Shown here piece after piece: positions 50,706 through 62,738 of a DNA stretch of 64,000 nucleotides. Both the position numbers and the translations under genes were made by a program. The DNA is from Octopus sinensis (lineage: Eukaryota): contig NC_043003.1 of NCBI RefSeq assembly GCF_006345805.1, positions 102,548,001 to 102,612,000 of the forward strand. Direction: 5' to 3'. A model generated the notes under the pieces. That model was not told the origin of the DNA, ran no database searches, and saw only the letters and a program-made list of their open reading frames with translations. Numbering within the stretch: the stretch's first letter is position 1; each line of letters begins with the position of its first letter.

Positions 50706-51366
50706 TGTCATCAACCCTGACTCTACAGCTGGCTGTCCATTTCATAACATATCCATCACCTCACTTCCTGATTCTTCAACGATATCTCAGACTCAATTAT
50801 TTTATCATCATAATCTAAAATATATTTTGAAACCTCTTCTTGTGTAGTTTAGACTTAACCACTTACCATTTTAGTCTGCCATTCAAATATAAAGATGGTT
50901 TACCCATTGCATTGTAAAAATTATTAACTCACTTCAAACATCTTATTACAATTCCATATATATTTACAAGTATATTTACTAATTAAGTTGTCAGAGTCTG
51001 TTCTTATTGATCTGAGCAGATTAAGAGGAGCATAGCTCAGAAAAATGTCCCCAATGACAGACTATGAAGACCTAAAATCTCAATGGCTGAAATGGCAGGA
51101 GATGCCAAAATCAGAAGCAATTTCTATGAAAACATAGCTCAAGCAATGTGAATGCTGATGACAGGCAGTTGCCATTTTATTGCCTGGCCCTGCATGTCAT
51201 ATTTTGCATATGCTGTAGAGGATGTTTTTGAGACCACACAGTCCATGGTGGGGGTAATTTCCTGACAAGTTGGGATCCACCCTAATCAAAACCGCACACT
51301 ATCAGCATTTCTTCATTGATCACTGAACGGCAACTATAGAGTGGTTGTTGTAAGGTGAACAATATG

Positions 51367-51661
51367 GGTTAAAGAACTTTTTTGGTCATGAATGACTATG
51401 GGAAAGTTCCCCTCCGAGGCACAAGTCTGGCAAGGTTGTTTTATGGAAGACCAGCAGTCACCCATGCATACCAGCCTCCCCTCTTCATGCCACCGGTGTT
51501 ATCCAAGGGAAAGGTAAAGGCCAATACTGAGCGATCTGGAGCAATGTGCGATAAAGTGTCTTGCTCAAGAAGACAACACACAGCCAGGCCTAGGAATCGA
51601 ACTCACAACCTCATGATTGTGAGCCTGATGCTCTAACCATTGAGCCATGTGCCTTCACAAC
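51367..51661 (-). mobile_element. tRNA-derived SINE, same family as 59307-59651, without 5S head
   Basis: Minus strand GAAGGCACATGGCTCAATGGTTAGAGC..GAGTTCGATTCC; 12-bp TSD GTGAACAATATG at 51355-51366 and 51662-51673. Confidence 0.85.
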
Positions 51662-52398
51662 GTGAACAATATGATGCAGAGAACCAAATAATTCTAGTAG
51701 AGTAGTTGCTTGATGATGAACATTCTTACACAAGTGGTTGTTGTAGGGTGAACATTCTTACATAGTGAACTGAACAGCTATGTTATAGAGAACTAGTGAA
51801 TTAAATACTTGATTCAAAGTGAACAGAACAATTGTTTTAGTGAACCAAACAGTTAAATATTCCACTGATAAGTTAATGTCAATTCATAAACTGACATTAA
51901 ATTTTCTGCCTTCTAATTTGATTTTCATATTCTACTTCTCCATAAATTTGCTGTGTGACATTGTAACTGCATCACGGTCAATCCATTGCCACCACCAACA
52001 CCACACCGACATTATTATCACTATAACTGCTACTTGTACCACAGTAATAGTAACAACAACAACAGCAGCAGCATCACCACCACTACCACCACCACCACCA
52101 CCACCACCCCTACCACCATTGCCACTGTTATTACAACAGTTCATTTCTCATATGTCTAAGAAGATTAGAAGTGATTAGGGCTAGCATATTTGGCTGACTT
52201 CTAAAGCCATTGCCTCACATTTAATTCTCCTTGCCTGCCTCCTCTCATTATCAAACCAATTTACTGATATCTATACTCTTACATACAACTGGTAAAAACT
52301 TCATCTGAAACCAACCAGTGTCAAACCTAAGAAGCTGAAAGCCATCTTGAATAAGCCTGCTCTCTCTTTCTCTCTCTCTCTCTCACACACACACACAC

Positions 52399-52469
52399 TA
52401 TATATATATATATATATATATATACATACATATATATATATATATATACATACATATATATATATATAT

Positions 52470-52525
<56 letters not shown>

Positions 52526-52534
52526 TATATATAT

Positions 52535-52566
<32 letters not shown>

Positions 52567-52620
52567 CAATATATATATATACATATATATATATACATAT
52601 ATATATATACATATATATAC

Positions 52621-52670
<50 letters not shown>

Positions 52671-52722
52671 TATATATAATACATATATATATATACATAT
52701 ATATATACATATATATATATAC

Positions 52723-52816
<94 letters not shown>
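52399..52816. repeat. (TA)n microsatellite of about 420 bp
   Basis: Direct reading; others at about 16874, 24800, 30553 and 36880. Confidence 0.98.
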
Positions 52817-52820
<4 letters not shown>

Positions 52821-52911
52821 ATGCACTGTTTTCTCCAGAAAAATACAGCAGGCAAATTACAAAATTTAGGTTGCTTAACTCATTAGAATTTAAGTTTTCT
52901 AGCTTATAGTT

Positions 52912-53134
52912 TGATCATAGCTCCTAATGACTATAACCCCAAATGCTCATAACCCCTACTGATCATAATTCTCAATGGTTATAACCTCCAATGATCATAA
53001 CTCTTAATGATCATAGCCCTTCATAATCATAACATCCTGATGATCATAACACTTGATAATCATAACCCTTAATGACCATAACCTTCGATGGTCATAACTT
53101 CTGATAGTCATAGCCCCTGGTGATCTAATCCCTG
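52912..53134. repeat. Degenerate 16-bp minisatellite, about 14 units
   Basis: Consensus roughly TGATCATAACCCYYAA. Confidence 0.85.
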
Positions 53135-54032
53135 TAAATTTATAACATCATATGACTGATAAGAATTTATATTAGGAGTTCAATCAATCAATGTCATCTT
53201 CACATTATCTCTCTTTCTCCCCCGCCTTCTGCTGCCATCCCTATTTTTCTCTTCAGTATTTAAAGTTAATTTTTGCAGTGCATGAAGGACTTTGTACGAC
53301 AAAATTGGGCTGAGTGGGAGAATGTATATGAAGAAGTTTCAGATTAGAAATTCTCGGGTTTAAACCAGAAACTGGCCCAAAATCTTAGTATGTAGAAATG
53401 AATACCCTCTCAAGCAGAGTTTTTATCCAGTAAAAGAAACATATTTTGGTAGCAGATTCCAAAACAAAATTGTTGACACCAGACTTAACACAGGGCTTGA
53501 AGTTGGTGGCATACATGAAGGCAATTTCAGTTTTACATTTGTATGTTCCAGAAAGCCAGATTGTGATATTCTCAAAGAAGACTTGTAAAAGGTTTATATG
53601 GAATAGAAAATGGTGAGAAAGATAATGAACACATTTAAAAAATGAGTGTTTGATTGGTTCTTGATATTGTATTGTCTAATGTTAACTAAAATTTGAGAGA
53701 GACAAGAAATAACTAGACTAGTAGCAGCAGTGATAAAAAGAAAACCAATAATTATTAGTCGTTATGGAAGTCTTCATTGACAAATAGAGTGATGTATAAA
53801 TCAAGATGGCATTTTTGACATGGAACAAGAGTCATAATGGAGAGGCGCTGTGTTAGTTGTGTTAATAGAAGTTATTAATAAAAAATTTTCTCTCTCTCCC
53901 CCTCTTTTTCACCTGCTCAATAAATGCTTCTAATATTAAACTGAGAAACACAGTAAAAGTTCTTAATTATGCCAACATGATAATTATGTCAACATTATAA
54001 TTTTATGATAATTATGTCACTCTCTTTTTATA

Positions 54033-54790
54033 GATGCAAGCATGGCTGTAGGGTAAGAAGTATGCTTCCTAATCACATAGTTTTGGGTTCAGTCCCACAG
54101 TGTGACACCTTGGACAAGTATCTTCTACTGTAGCCTTGGGCTGACCGAAACCTTGTGTATGGATTTGGTGAAAGAAACTGAAAGAAGCTAGTCATATATA
54201 TATGTGTGTGTGTGTGTGTATGTGTGTCTTTGTATTTGTGTTTGTTCCCCTATCTATTTCTTTATTAACCACAAAGGGCTAAACATAGAGGGGACAAACA
54301 AGGACAGACATAGGTATTAAGTCGATTATATCGACCCCAGTGCGTAACTGGTACTTAATTTATCGACCCCGAAAGGATGAAAGGCAAAGTCGACCTCGGC
54401 GGAATTTGAACTCACAACGTAACGGCAGCCGAAATACGGCTAAGCATTTCACCCAACGTGCTAACGATTCTGCCACCTCGCTGCCTATATATATATATCT
54501 TTATTTTCTCACCTTGTTTCTTTATGTGTTCCTTTCTGTGGAAGAGCAACCAGCTCGCCGTCTTCAATAAAAATTGTTCCCCTACCACCACTTGACAACC
54601 AGTGCTGGTGTGTTTGCATCCCACTAACTTAGCAATTTGGCAAATAGAATAGCACCAATAGAATAAGTGCTAGGTTTAAAAAATAAGTACTGGGGTTGAT
54701 TCATTTGACTAAAAATTCAAGGCAGTGCCCCAGGATGGCTGCAGTCTAATGACTGAAAGGAGTAAAAAATAAAAGGTAAAAGATAAAAAA
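54033..54790 (+). mobile_element. CORE-type SINE split by a nested insertion
   Basis: Head/CORE at 54033-54250; tail resumes after 54584. Confidence 0.75.
54253..54573 (-). mobile_element. Nin-type SINE, young, nested
   Basis: CpG-rich intact copy; 11-bp TSD TTGTTCCCCTA at 54242-54252 and 54574-54584. Confidence 0.85.
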
Positions 54791-55460
54791 TGTATTCCTT
54801 TTTTTTTGCTAGTTTCAGCTTAAGAACTGTTGTCATGCTGAGGTGCCACTGTATGATGAGTTTCTGCACAGATTCCATCTCTAATGACAAGATATTGGTT
54901 ATCCCAAGTCTCCCAGTAGAAGGCACTTGTTGAAGGTGCTACTGAGAGGGATTATAACTGGAATCGCATGGTTCTGTGTAGCTGTGAAGTGAGCTCCTTA
55001 ATCTCCTAGATATGCTATCAAATAGATATCACTAATTATAGTGCTTTGTCCTGTTTTGGAACCCTATATCCTTAACCTAGACAAAACACACATTGAAGAA
55101 GCTACTTCCTTCTCAGAAGTAACAAATGTGTCAAATGTACTGAGTCTTTACAACACAACAGATTATAATTATTTTATCACAGAGTATTACTTCCAACAAC
55201 AGAAAGGGTTTTCCTAGCAATGAAAAATATATCTCCAGTAAACACGATTCTTTTTATCTGATGTCTTTAATCCTTTAGCATTCACATTATTCTGTCAAAA
55301 GTAATGCTTATTTATTCATATTACGGAGATGTACTTGCATAGCAAGTGACCTGATCTGAGATCGTGTGCTGGAACGAAAACAGTTGCAGCATGGAAGGTG
55401 TTTATAAGCCATTTAAGAAACACACAAAAACCATTAGATTCACTTCAACATTTAAATTTA

Positions 55461-55926
55461 AGTGCCAGTGACACTTAAAAGGCACCATTTGAGCATGATC
55501 GTTAGCAGCGTCGCCTTACTGGCACTTGTGCCCATGCTAGTAGGGTGCCTAGAGCACCATCCGAGTGTGATCATTGCCAGAGCAGCCAACTGGTTTCTGT
55601 GCCAGTGGCATGCAAAAGGGCACCATTCGAGCATGATCGTTACCAATATCACCTTACTGGCACCTGTGCTGGTGGCATGTGTAAAAGAATTCGAGCGAGG
55701 TCATTGCCAGTACTGCCTGACTGACCCCATGCCAGTGGCACATAAAAAGCACTCACTACACTCTCGGAGTGGTTGGCGTTAGGAAGGGCATCCAGCTGTA
55801 TAAATTCTGCCAGATCAAGATTGGAGCCTGGTACAGCCATCTGGTTTGCCAGCCCTCAATCAAAATCGTCCAACCCATGCTAGCATGGAAAGCGGACGTT
55901 AAACGATGATGATGGTGATGATGATG
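55461..55926 (+). mobile_element. RTE LINE 3' UTR, variant with diverged internal repeats
   Basis: Repeated TGCCAGTGGCA..AAAAG..CACC units, then the common tail and (GAT)n. Confidence 0.85.
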
Positions 55927-56789
55927 CAATAGCAAGACAAGGAAACACACCTATGTGCATGCACAGACACATACACATATGAGGGTTCCTTTTGTTTCCA
56001 TGTAGCAAATCCATTCATAAGACTTTTTGACTGGCCTAGAGCTATTGCAGAAGACACTTGCCCAATGTGAACACAAAAACCATGTGACAGGGACACTGAC
56101 TTCTTAACCACCCAGCTATGTCTGCATGAATTGAAATTCTTAAATTCTGAAGACACATTTAGACTGAGGTTGACTTTAAAAAACATTCCTTCATAATGAA
56201 TTACCTGAATCATTGAATCTATATTAATATTTTATGAGCTTTATATTTGGAAAGAAACCAAAAGTGCTGAGGGCAGACCTGTCAGAATATGAGCTAAAAT
56301 AAGAGACAGAAACAAACAAATAAAAAAAATCCTCAAAAGCTGAAGATAATGGTAATGCTAACAATGATAAATAAATAAAGGAAAAGAAACTGTATTATTT
56401 TTCTAATTTGAATATAATCATTATCTATATTATCGATCATAATGGGAAATGACATAACATCAGAGAAAGTTACACACCTTTTGCTCTTTGAATGTGTAGG
56501 TTATTGTGGCAGTGGGGTGGAGGGTATCTCATGAGCTTATGTTTAATCAAAATTACTTTTGATTAAAATATTTGAAGAATATTTTAAAAAATAAAGATCT
56601 GGACTATTGATGATGGTGGTGGTGATGGTGGTGATGATGATGGTGGCACTGGTAATGATGATGATGATAATGATATTGATGATGATGATGATGATGATGG
56701 TGATGACGATGGTGTTGGTTGTTAACCGTCATGACACTGCATCTTTCAAAAGTTTTGTGCTTCTTGGAATTCACAAACATTACTTGCCT

Positions 56790-57178
56790 TCCAATGATAT
56801 AGTTCCAAGTTCAGTTCCACTGCATGGCAACTAGGGCAAGTGTACTCTACTATAACCTTAGGCTGACCATAGCCTTGTGAATGGATTTGGAAGAGAGAGA
56901 CAGACAGACAGACAGCAAGATGTGTGTGTGTGTGTGTCTTTGTGCCTGTTTGTCCTCACCACCACCACCACCCCACCACCACCACAACTGCTTGACAACC
57001 AATATTTGTGTGTTTACATCCTGGTAACATAGCAGTTTGGCAAAAGGGGCTGATAGAATAAGTACCAGGATTAAAAAGCAAAAACAAATAAGTGCTGGGA
57101 CTGATTCATTTGACTAAAAATTCTTCAAGGCAGTGCCCCAGCATGGTCACAGACTAAAACAAGAAAAAGAGAAAAGAT
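56790..57178 (+). mobile_element. CORE-type SINE
   Basis: AGTTCAGTTCCACTGCATGGCAACTAGGGCAAGTG...GGCAGTGCCCCAGCATGGTCACAG. Confidence 0.7.
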
Positions 57179-57432
57179 GAAGAGAAAAATGATGATGATG
57201 ATGATGATGATGGTGAACTTCTTGAAAATATTTCTGAAACCAATAAAATATTCCTGCAATTTTAAATATACTCACTTTCCAAAAGGAAATAACTATTTTC
57301 CACCTTCCGCTATCTTATCCTACTTGATGACAGCTGTTGCACTCCCTCCTATGCAGCTTCTTTGCCAATGAATGAAGTTTGACAAGTTTTATAAGGAATC
57401 TTGTATAGCTTTTTCTTTTGTTTTTAGTGCAG

Positions 57433-57531
57433 GGGGGGATTTGCTTCAGGATTTATTTTATGGAACATTCCGGGCATTTTTGCATTGTTTCCATATTCTG
57501 AGAGAAGAATTCAAGTTATTTAGAATGAACT
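57433..57531 (+). CDS. Candidate internal exon (phase 1 to 1)
   Basis: TTTTCTTTTGTTTTTAGTGCAG acceptor(s); ACT|GTAAGC donor; reads GDLLQDLFYGTFRAFLHCFHILREEFKLFRMN. Confidence 0.4.
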
Positions 57532-57827
57532 GTAAGCAAATTAATTCTATACGCAAACAAGTTGGTAACAAACACCTACATTTCTCCACACTTTTCTCTT
57601 GTCATTCTCTCCCGCACCCCATCCTGAAACAAAGCAAACAGCCTTACTTGATGGAAACAACCAAAATATTGAATCTAAATGTTAAACAGCCAATTTGTCA
57701 AATTTAAGTGCCACCAACTCAAATATTAAGTTAACATCCATGCCATATCTTGCCAAACGTTAATTTTAATCTTTGAGTCAATGAAGGAACCTCCTGGGTA
57801 GTCGTTTGATTAGCTAGAAATAGCAGC

Positions 57828-58021
57828 CATCATCATCATCATCATCATCGTTTAATGCCCGTTTTCCATGCTAGCACGGGCTGGACGGTTCGACCAGGGT
57901 CTGGGAAGCCAGAAGGCTGCACCAGGCTCCAGTCTGATCTAGCAGTGTTTCTACAGCTGGATGCCCTTCCTAATGCCAACCACTCCGAGAATGTAGTGGG
58001 TACTTTTTACATGCCACCAGC
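57828..58021 (-). mobile_element. RTE LINE 3' end
   Basis: (CAT)n-CGTTTAATGCCCGTTTTCCATGCTAGC...GCTGGATGCCCTTCC. Confidence 0.8.
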
Positions 58022-59037
58022 ACGATCTCCCTTAAATTATACCTGGCAATCTTAAAGAAAACTGAAGTATACACAATGAGATCTTGGGACATGTCTGAAG
58101 TGGAAAAAGAAACAACATGGTGTGGTCATGGTTGGAGCATTATAGTGTTATCCTGGAGCTAAACAATAGCTGCAGTAGTTAACATATATTTTCTATCTTA
58201 ATGTAGATTCAACACTGCATTTGTCCTTATATTTTAATCTTTCAAGTCCGAAACCACTTCTGAATTAATTTTTTCCTTTTACCATTTATTCCAACATAGA
58301 TATTTGCCAACACCAATTCCTATTCTACTCAGGGTACATCATCCACCCACAATATATACACATTAGTAGAGTCATCTTTCCTGTATATATTTATATACCC
58401 TTTTGATACTCTGTTGCTTTCTTCACTTGCATTTAATTCCTCAATATTTTCCACAAAGAATATGTTCTCAAATAAAAAACCATATTCTTTGTGGAAAATA
58501 GCGATTTGACGTCTATATCTAGCATGTTGACCGTCCACTTTTAATTGTCAGTCCTTTAAATTTTGTATATATATATATACACACACACACACACAAATAT
58601 ATATATATATATAATTTGCATCTGTTTGCTGCTTATGCTGACAAAAATATGCAATATGGTAGCTTTCCAAACATCTAATCCAGTGTCACCTCAAGTTTTT
58701 AAGTCCAAGGTTTGTACATCTAGTCTGGTGCATTGCTAATCAGAGATACCCCTTAATGTTGATTTCACCAGAACCTGCAAGGGCCATGACCACAGCCCTT
58801 CCTCCATACCAACCCAGTGATATCATCCACATCACTGTGAACCTTTTCTTTGTAAAAGTATAGTAAACACACACACTGGCTTCTGTCCACCAAATCCACT
58901 CCCAAGGTCTGGGTTTGGCCTAGGGCTGTTGTAGAAATCATTATGGGAAGTGAACTACTCAACTACACAACCATAAATGCCAATATTAATATGGGATGTG
59001 GAGTGAGCCAGTATCTAGATGACAATTGTATTTACAG

Positions 59038-59121
59038 AATTCTTCTCCGTTTCAACTCCAGAAGCTCATCTCCTTATTACATGCTGGTCTTATTAATCCT
59101 ATTCAGTTTAATCTAGAAACA
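59038..59121 (+). CDS. Candidate internal exon (phase 0 to 0)
   Basis: TTGTATTTACAG acceptor; ACA|GTATTT donor; reads NSSPFQLQKLISLLHAGLINPIQFNLET. Confidence 0.3.
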
Positions 59122-59179
59122 GTATTTTGGTTTCTATACTCTATCCTTTTTCTTCAAATGTAAGTTATGCACATATCAT

Positions 59180-59298
59180 TTATATACCATATCACGTTAA
59201 AAGCACCGGTTCTCGTCTGATCACCGAAGTTAAGCAACGTCGAGCCTAGTCAGTACTTAGATGGGTGACCGCATGGGAAACCTAGGTGCAGTAAGCAT
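59180..59298 (+). pseudogene. 5S rRNA retro-copy / 5S-derived head
   Basis: ACCATATCACGTTAAAAGCACCGGTTCTCGTCTGATCACCGAAGTTAAGCAACGTCGAGCCTAGTCAGTACTTAGATGGGTGACCGCATGGGAAACCTAGGTGCAGTAAGCAT is clearly 5S; 5' end degraded, single copy, no T-run terminator. Confidence 0.92.
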
Positions 59299-59306
59299 AG
59301 CACATT

Positions 59307-59651
59307 GTTGAAGGCACATGGCTCAGTGGTTAGAGCGTCGAGCTTACGATCGTGAGGTTGTGAGCTCGAATCCCGGTCCGGGCTGCGTGTTGTGTTCTTG
59401 AGCAAAGCACTTTATTTCACGTTGCTCCAGTTCACTCAGCTGTAGAAATGAGTTGCGACGTCACAGGTGCCAAGCTGTATCAACCTTTGTCTTTCCCTTG
59501 GATAACACTGGTGGCATGGAGAGGGGAGGCTGGTATGCATGGGCGACTGCTGGTCTTCCATAAACAACCTTGCCCGGACTTGTGTCTAGGAGGGTAACTT
59601 TCTAGGTGCAATTCCATGGTCATTCATGACCGAAGGGGGTCTTTACCCTTA
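59307..59651 (+). mobile_element. tRNA-derived SINE fused 3' of the 5S copy
   Basis: A-box TGGCTCAGTGG, B-box-like GCTCGAATC; body homologous to 51367-51661. Confidence 0.85.
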
Positions 59652-60680
59652 CACATATCATATTGCATCAATTACACAATGGTCATTGCTAACTATGTGC
59701 ATGATTTCATGCCTTTCTTCTACGAATAAGAACAGAGATAATGATAGTTGGTGATGATGATGATGATGATGATGATGATGACGACGATGACGATGATGAT
59801 GACAACGACAACAACATCAACATTGTTGATAACGGTAACTACAATGATACTTTGCTATTGTTTGCACATAAAAATCTAAGTTTTTCGCTTTAGTTATCAA
59901 TGAGGATGAGTATGTTAGTGGTGGTTTTGGAGGTGCAAGCAGTGTCTGTTGGTGTCGGTGGCGGTAGGGATAGTAGTGGTGGTGGTGGTGGTAGAGGATA
60001 ACCTGAACTAATTATGTGAAGTTAGGAACACTGGAAGTGTACAAGGGAATCAATCCACTTTAAAATGAACAATTCCACAATATTTTTTATCAGTTTAAAG
60101 TTTTATTGAAGAAGGATCAACTTGAAAGAGAACCAATTTCCTGAAGTTAATTGTTAATTTTGTGAACAAACAAGTAAAGCTAAAATGAAATTTAACAAAT
60201 CTGTAGGGACATCACATTAATTAAAAGTGCATATTTCATCATTAACTTAAAAGTGGCACTGTTATTAGCAGCAGCTTTCAGGCCACATTCTGTGCTAATT
60301 AAATAATCAGAACAAATTTATTATCATTACATTCACTGTCAGTTCTTATTTTGGTTGGGTGGTGATAAGATTTCAGATTTCAGGGTGAATTGTGTTATGT
60401 ATTTTAATTTGGTTATGGTGATGACCTCCAGTAAATAGGTGTGAGAAGCAAGCAGGGCCCTAGTGAATGGGTCAACATTCAACATGTTCCTGTTAGCAAA
60501 GGAATGCAGGTGGGAGAGAATACATGATGTTTGGCAGTAAAAGTAATCGTGGATTTGTGGAATGTCCTGATTGTCCCCAGCTCTATGTATCCTCCACACC
60601 ACCCTATAAGGATGTTTCATTTTATTTCCTTTAACATCGTTGCTCTTCCTACCTGTACTTTTTTTTACTTAATTCTATGT

Positions 60681-60872
60681 AACCCACACTGCTAATCCCA
60701 ACTGTTAACTCCCACCATTACTCTCATTATAAACCCACTCTCTTAACCCTCACTGTTAATCTTCATTGTTAGCTCACAGTTAACCCAATACTGTTAACCC
60801 CCTACTGTTAACTTGCACCATTAACCACCATTATAAACCCACACTTTTAATTCTCACTGTTAACCCATCCAT
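60681..60872. repeat. Degenerate minisatellite of about 13 bp, about 15 units
   Basis: Consensus roughly AACCCYCACTGTT. Confidence 0.8.
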
Positions 60873-61619
60873 TATTAATCACGGTGTTGCCCTCCATCCC
60901 AGTTACTCTTTCTGCTTTTATGATTCATACTTGTAATGTCCCTTTGTTTCTTTCTGCCCATGTGGCAATGGTAGTGTTGAATTGGGTGATGGATTTCATC
61001 TGACATCCAAGAACTCACAACACAAAGAGCCAGATTAAATATAACATCACAAGACATCTTGTCTGACTCCCTAACAATTCCTCCAATTCACAAACCCACC
61101 CCTGGACTGCTACTTTATTTTATTCCATTGATCCTGAAAGAATGAAAGTCAAAGTTGACCTTGGTAGGATTTGAACTCAGAATGCAGCAAACCGGAAGGC
61201 TATTTGTGTCTTATTGTATCAATATAGAGTATTAGAGTCTAAACACCATTAACTGGGTTACTGTGCTATTATGTTTGCAAACAACTTATAGAGCTAAAGT
61301 AGAACTAGGGTAGAACTAGTGCTATGACAAAGACAAAAAAAACTCCATTCTCAGTGAACCATCACTTTATTTGGATTTCCAATTAGGTCCATCATAATTC
61401 TATTGTTTATTTGTGAGATAGAGGTTGTAGCCTCTATGACACATATAAAATCATTCTTTATTCTCTTATTTTACAATGGTTTTTGTTCCTCTGAACTAGC
61501 TAATTGCATATTCCCTTCATATAGGCCCACAAATTTCTCATTTGCATAATTCCTTCTGTAACTACTCTGTCATTACTATCTATTTTCTCCCTCCTTCCAC
61601 CTCTATGATAATCTCTGTG

Positions 61620-61671
<52 letters not shown>

Positions 61672-61967
61672 GTGCTCCTTTACTCATTGCCTATCATCAA
61701 GCCTAGTATGAGCACTAATCCTGCTCCCTTTATATTAACTTTCTCTATATCTCCTTCTTTTACTCTCTCTCCCCATCTTACTATACAGTGTAAAGCACGA
61801 CTGGAGAAATTAAAGAACCAACCAACCAACAAACAAACATTTATAATGGTTATTATTATATACAGAGAAGCTTCATATTCTTTCCTAGAGAGATATCCTA
61901 TTAAACTGCTGTCTTTTGAGAAAAGAATGATAATCTCAGCAGCCCATTGTGGTCAATCAAAATAACC

Positions 61968-62522
61968 ATTATTATTATTATTGAGTGAGAGAGCAGTGCA
62001 TACTATCAAAGTGACACTGGGGTAAAATATACAAAGCCAAGTATACCCATTATGAGTACCCGTCTGATAAGGGTACACCAGGTACATACATTATAATCAT
62101 ATGTGCACAACATGGTGATTTAATATCAAGATAAACAACACATGATCTTACAAGTGGGGATTGAATTTGAATTTTCTTCAGGTCAAGTAGCCCTTCCCAC
62201 TCAAATGGTCCCTGAATAAGGGTTGCTTAAGGATGTTGAATGAAACACCCATGTTTCCAAAGGTGAATTATTCAAACCCCAAAGAATTCCTCTCAACACA
62301 TGGCAATGATGCTCCCCAACTACTTCTGCTTGTGATCAGGGATGCACATATCATCAGCCATCAAGGGAAATGCTCAACTGGTTAAGGTCAAACAACTGAC
62401 AAGCAAATCTGTGGTACTGAGCAGAAAATTTACTGTAGCCCATCTTTTATACCAAGACAAAACAATGTACATGATAACACTTCCAATCAGTTAAGATCAG
62501 AAGCCATGAGAGCCACTGCATG
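61968..62522 (-). mobile_element. Unclassified (TAA)n-tailed interspersed repeat, copy 2
   Basis: About 540 bp, homologous to 9655-10103. Confidence 0.7.
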
Positions 62523-62524
62523 GT

Positions 62525-62738
62525 AGGTGGTGAGCTGGCAGAATTGTTAGCGCACAGGACGAAATGCTTAGTGGTATTTTGCCTGTCACTACATTCTGAG
62601 TTCAAATTCCGCTGAAGTCAACTTTGCCCTTCATCCTTTCGGGGTTGATAAATTAAGTACCAGTGTAACACTGGGGTCAATGTAGTCAACTTGTCTCCTC
62701 TCACAAATTTCAGGCCTTGTGCCTGTAATAGAAAGGCT
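62525..62738 (+). mobile_element. Nin-type SINE
   Basis: GGTGAGCTGGCAGAATTGTTAGC..CTGAGTTCAAATTCCGCTGAAGTCAACTTTGCCC..; (TAA)n tail. Confidence 0.85.

Noticed and set aside
52912-53134. CRISPR-like array (also 5855-6120)
   Set aside because: Contiguous tandem units without unique spacers; eukaryotic context; no cas genes
57424-57497. Minus-strand terminal exon YGNNAKMPGMFHKINPEANPPLH*
   Set aside because: Overlaps the better-supported plus-strand exon candidate; no other minus-strand exons found
58329-58538. 69-aa minus-strand ORF
   Set aside because: GTG start, partly created by the 20-bp hairpin, no splice signals or homology
59180-59298. Functional 5S rDNA repeat unit
   Set aside because: Single copy, degraded 5' end, altered box C, no oligo-T terminator, flanked by a TSD
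62335-62365. CTGAYGA...GAAG in the TAA-tailed family as a hammerhead
   Set aside because: GAAG instead of GAAA and no helix I or III pairing in either copy
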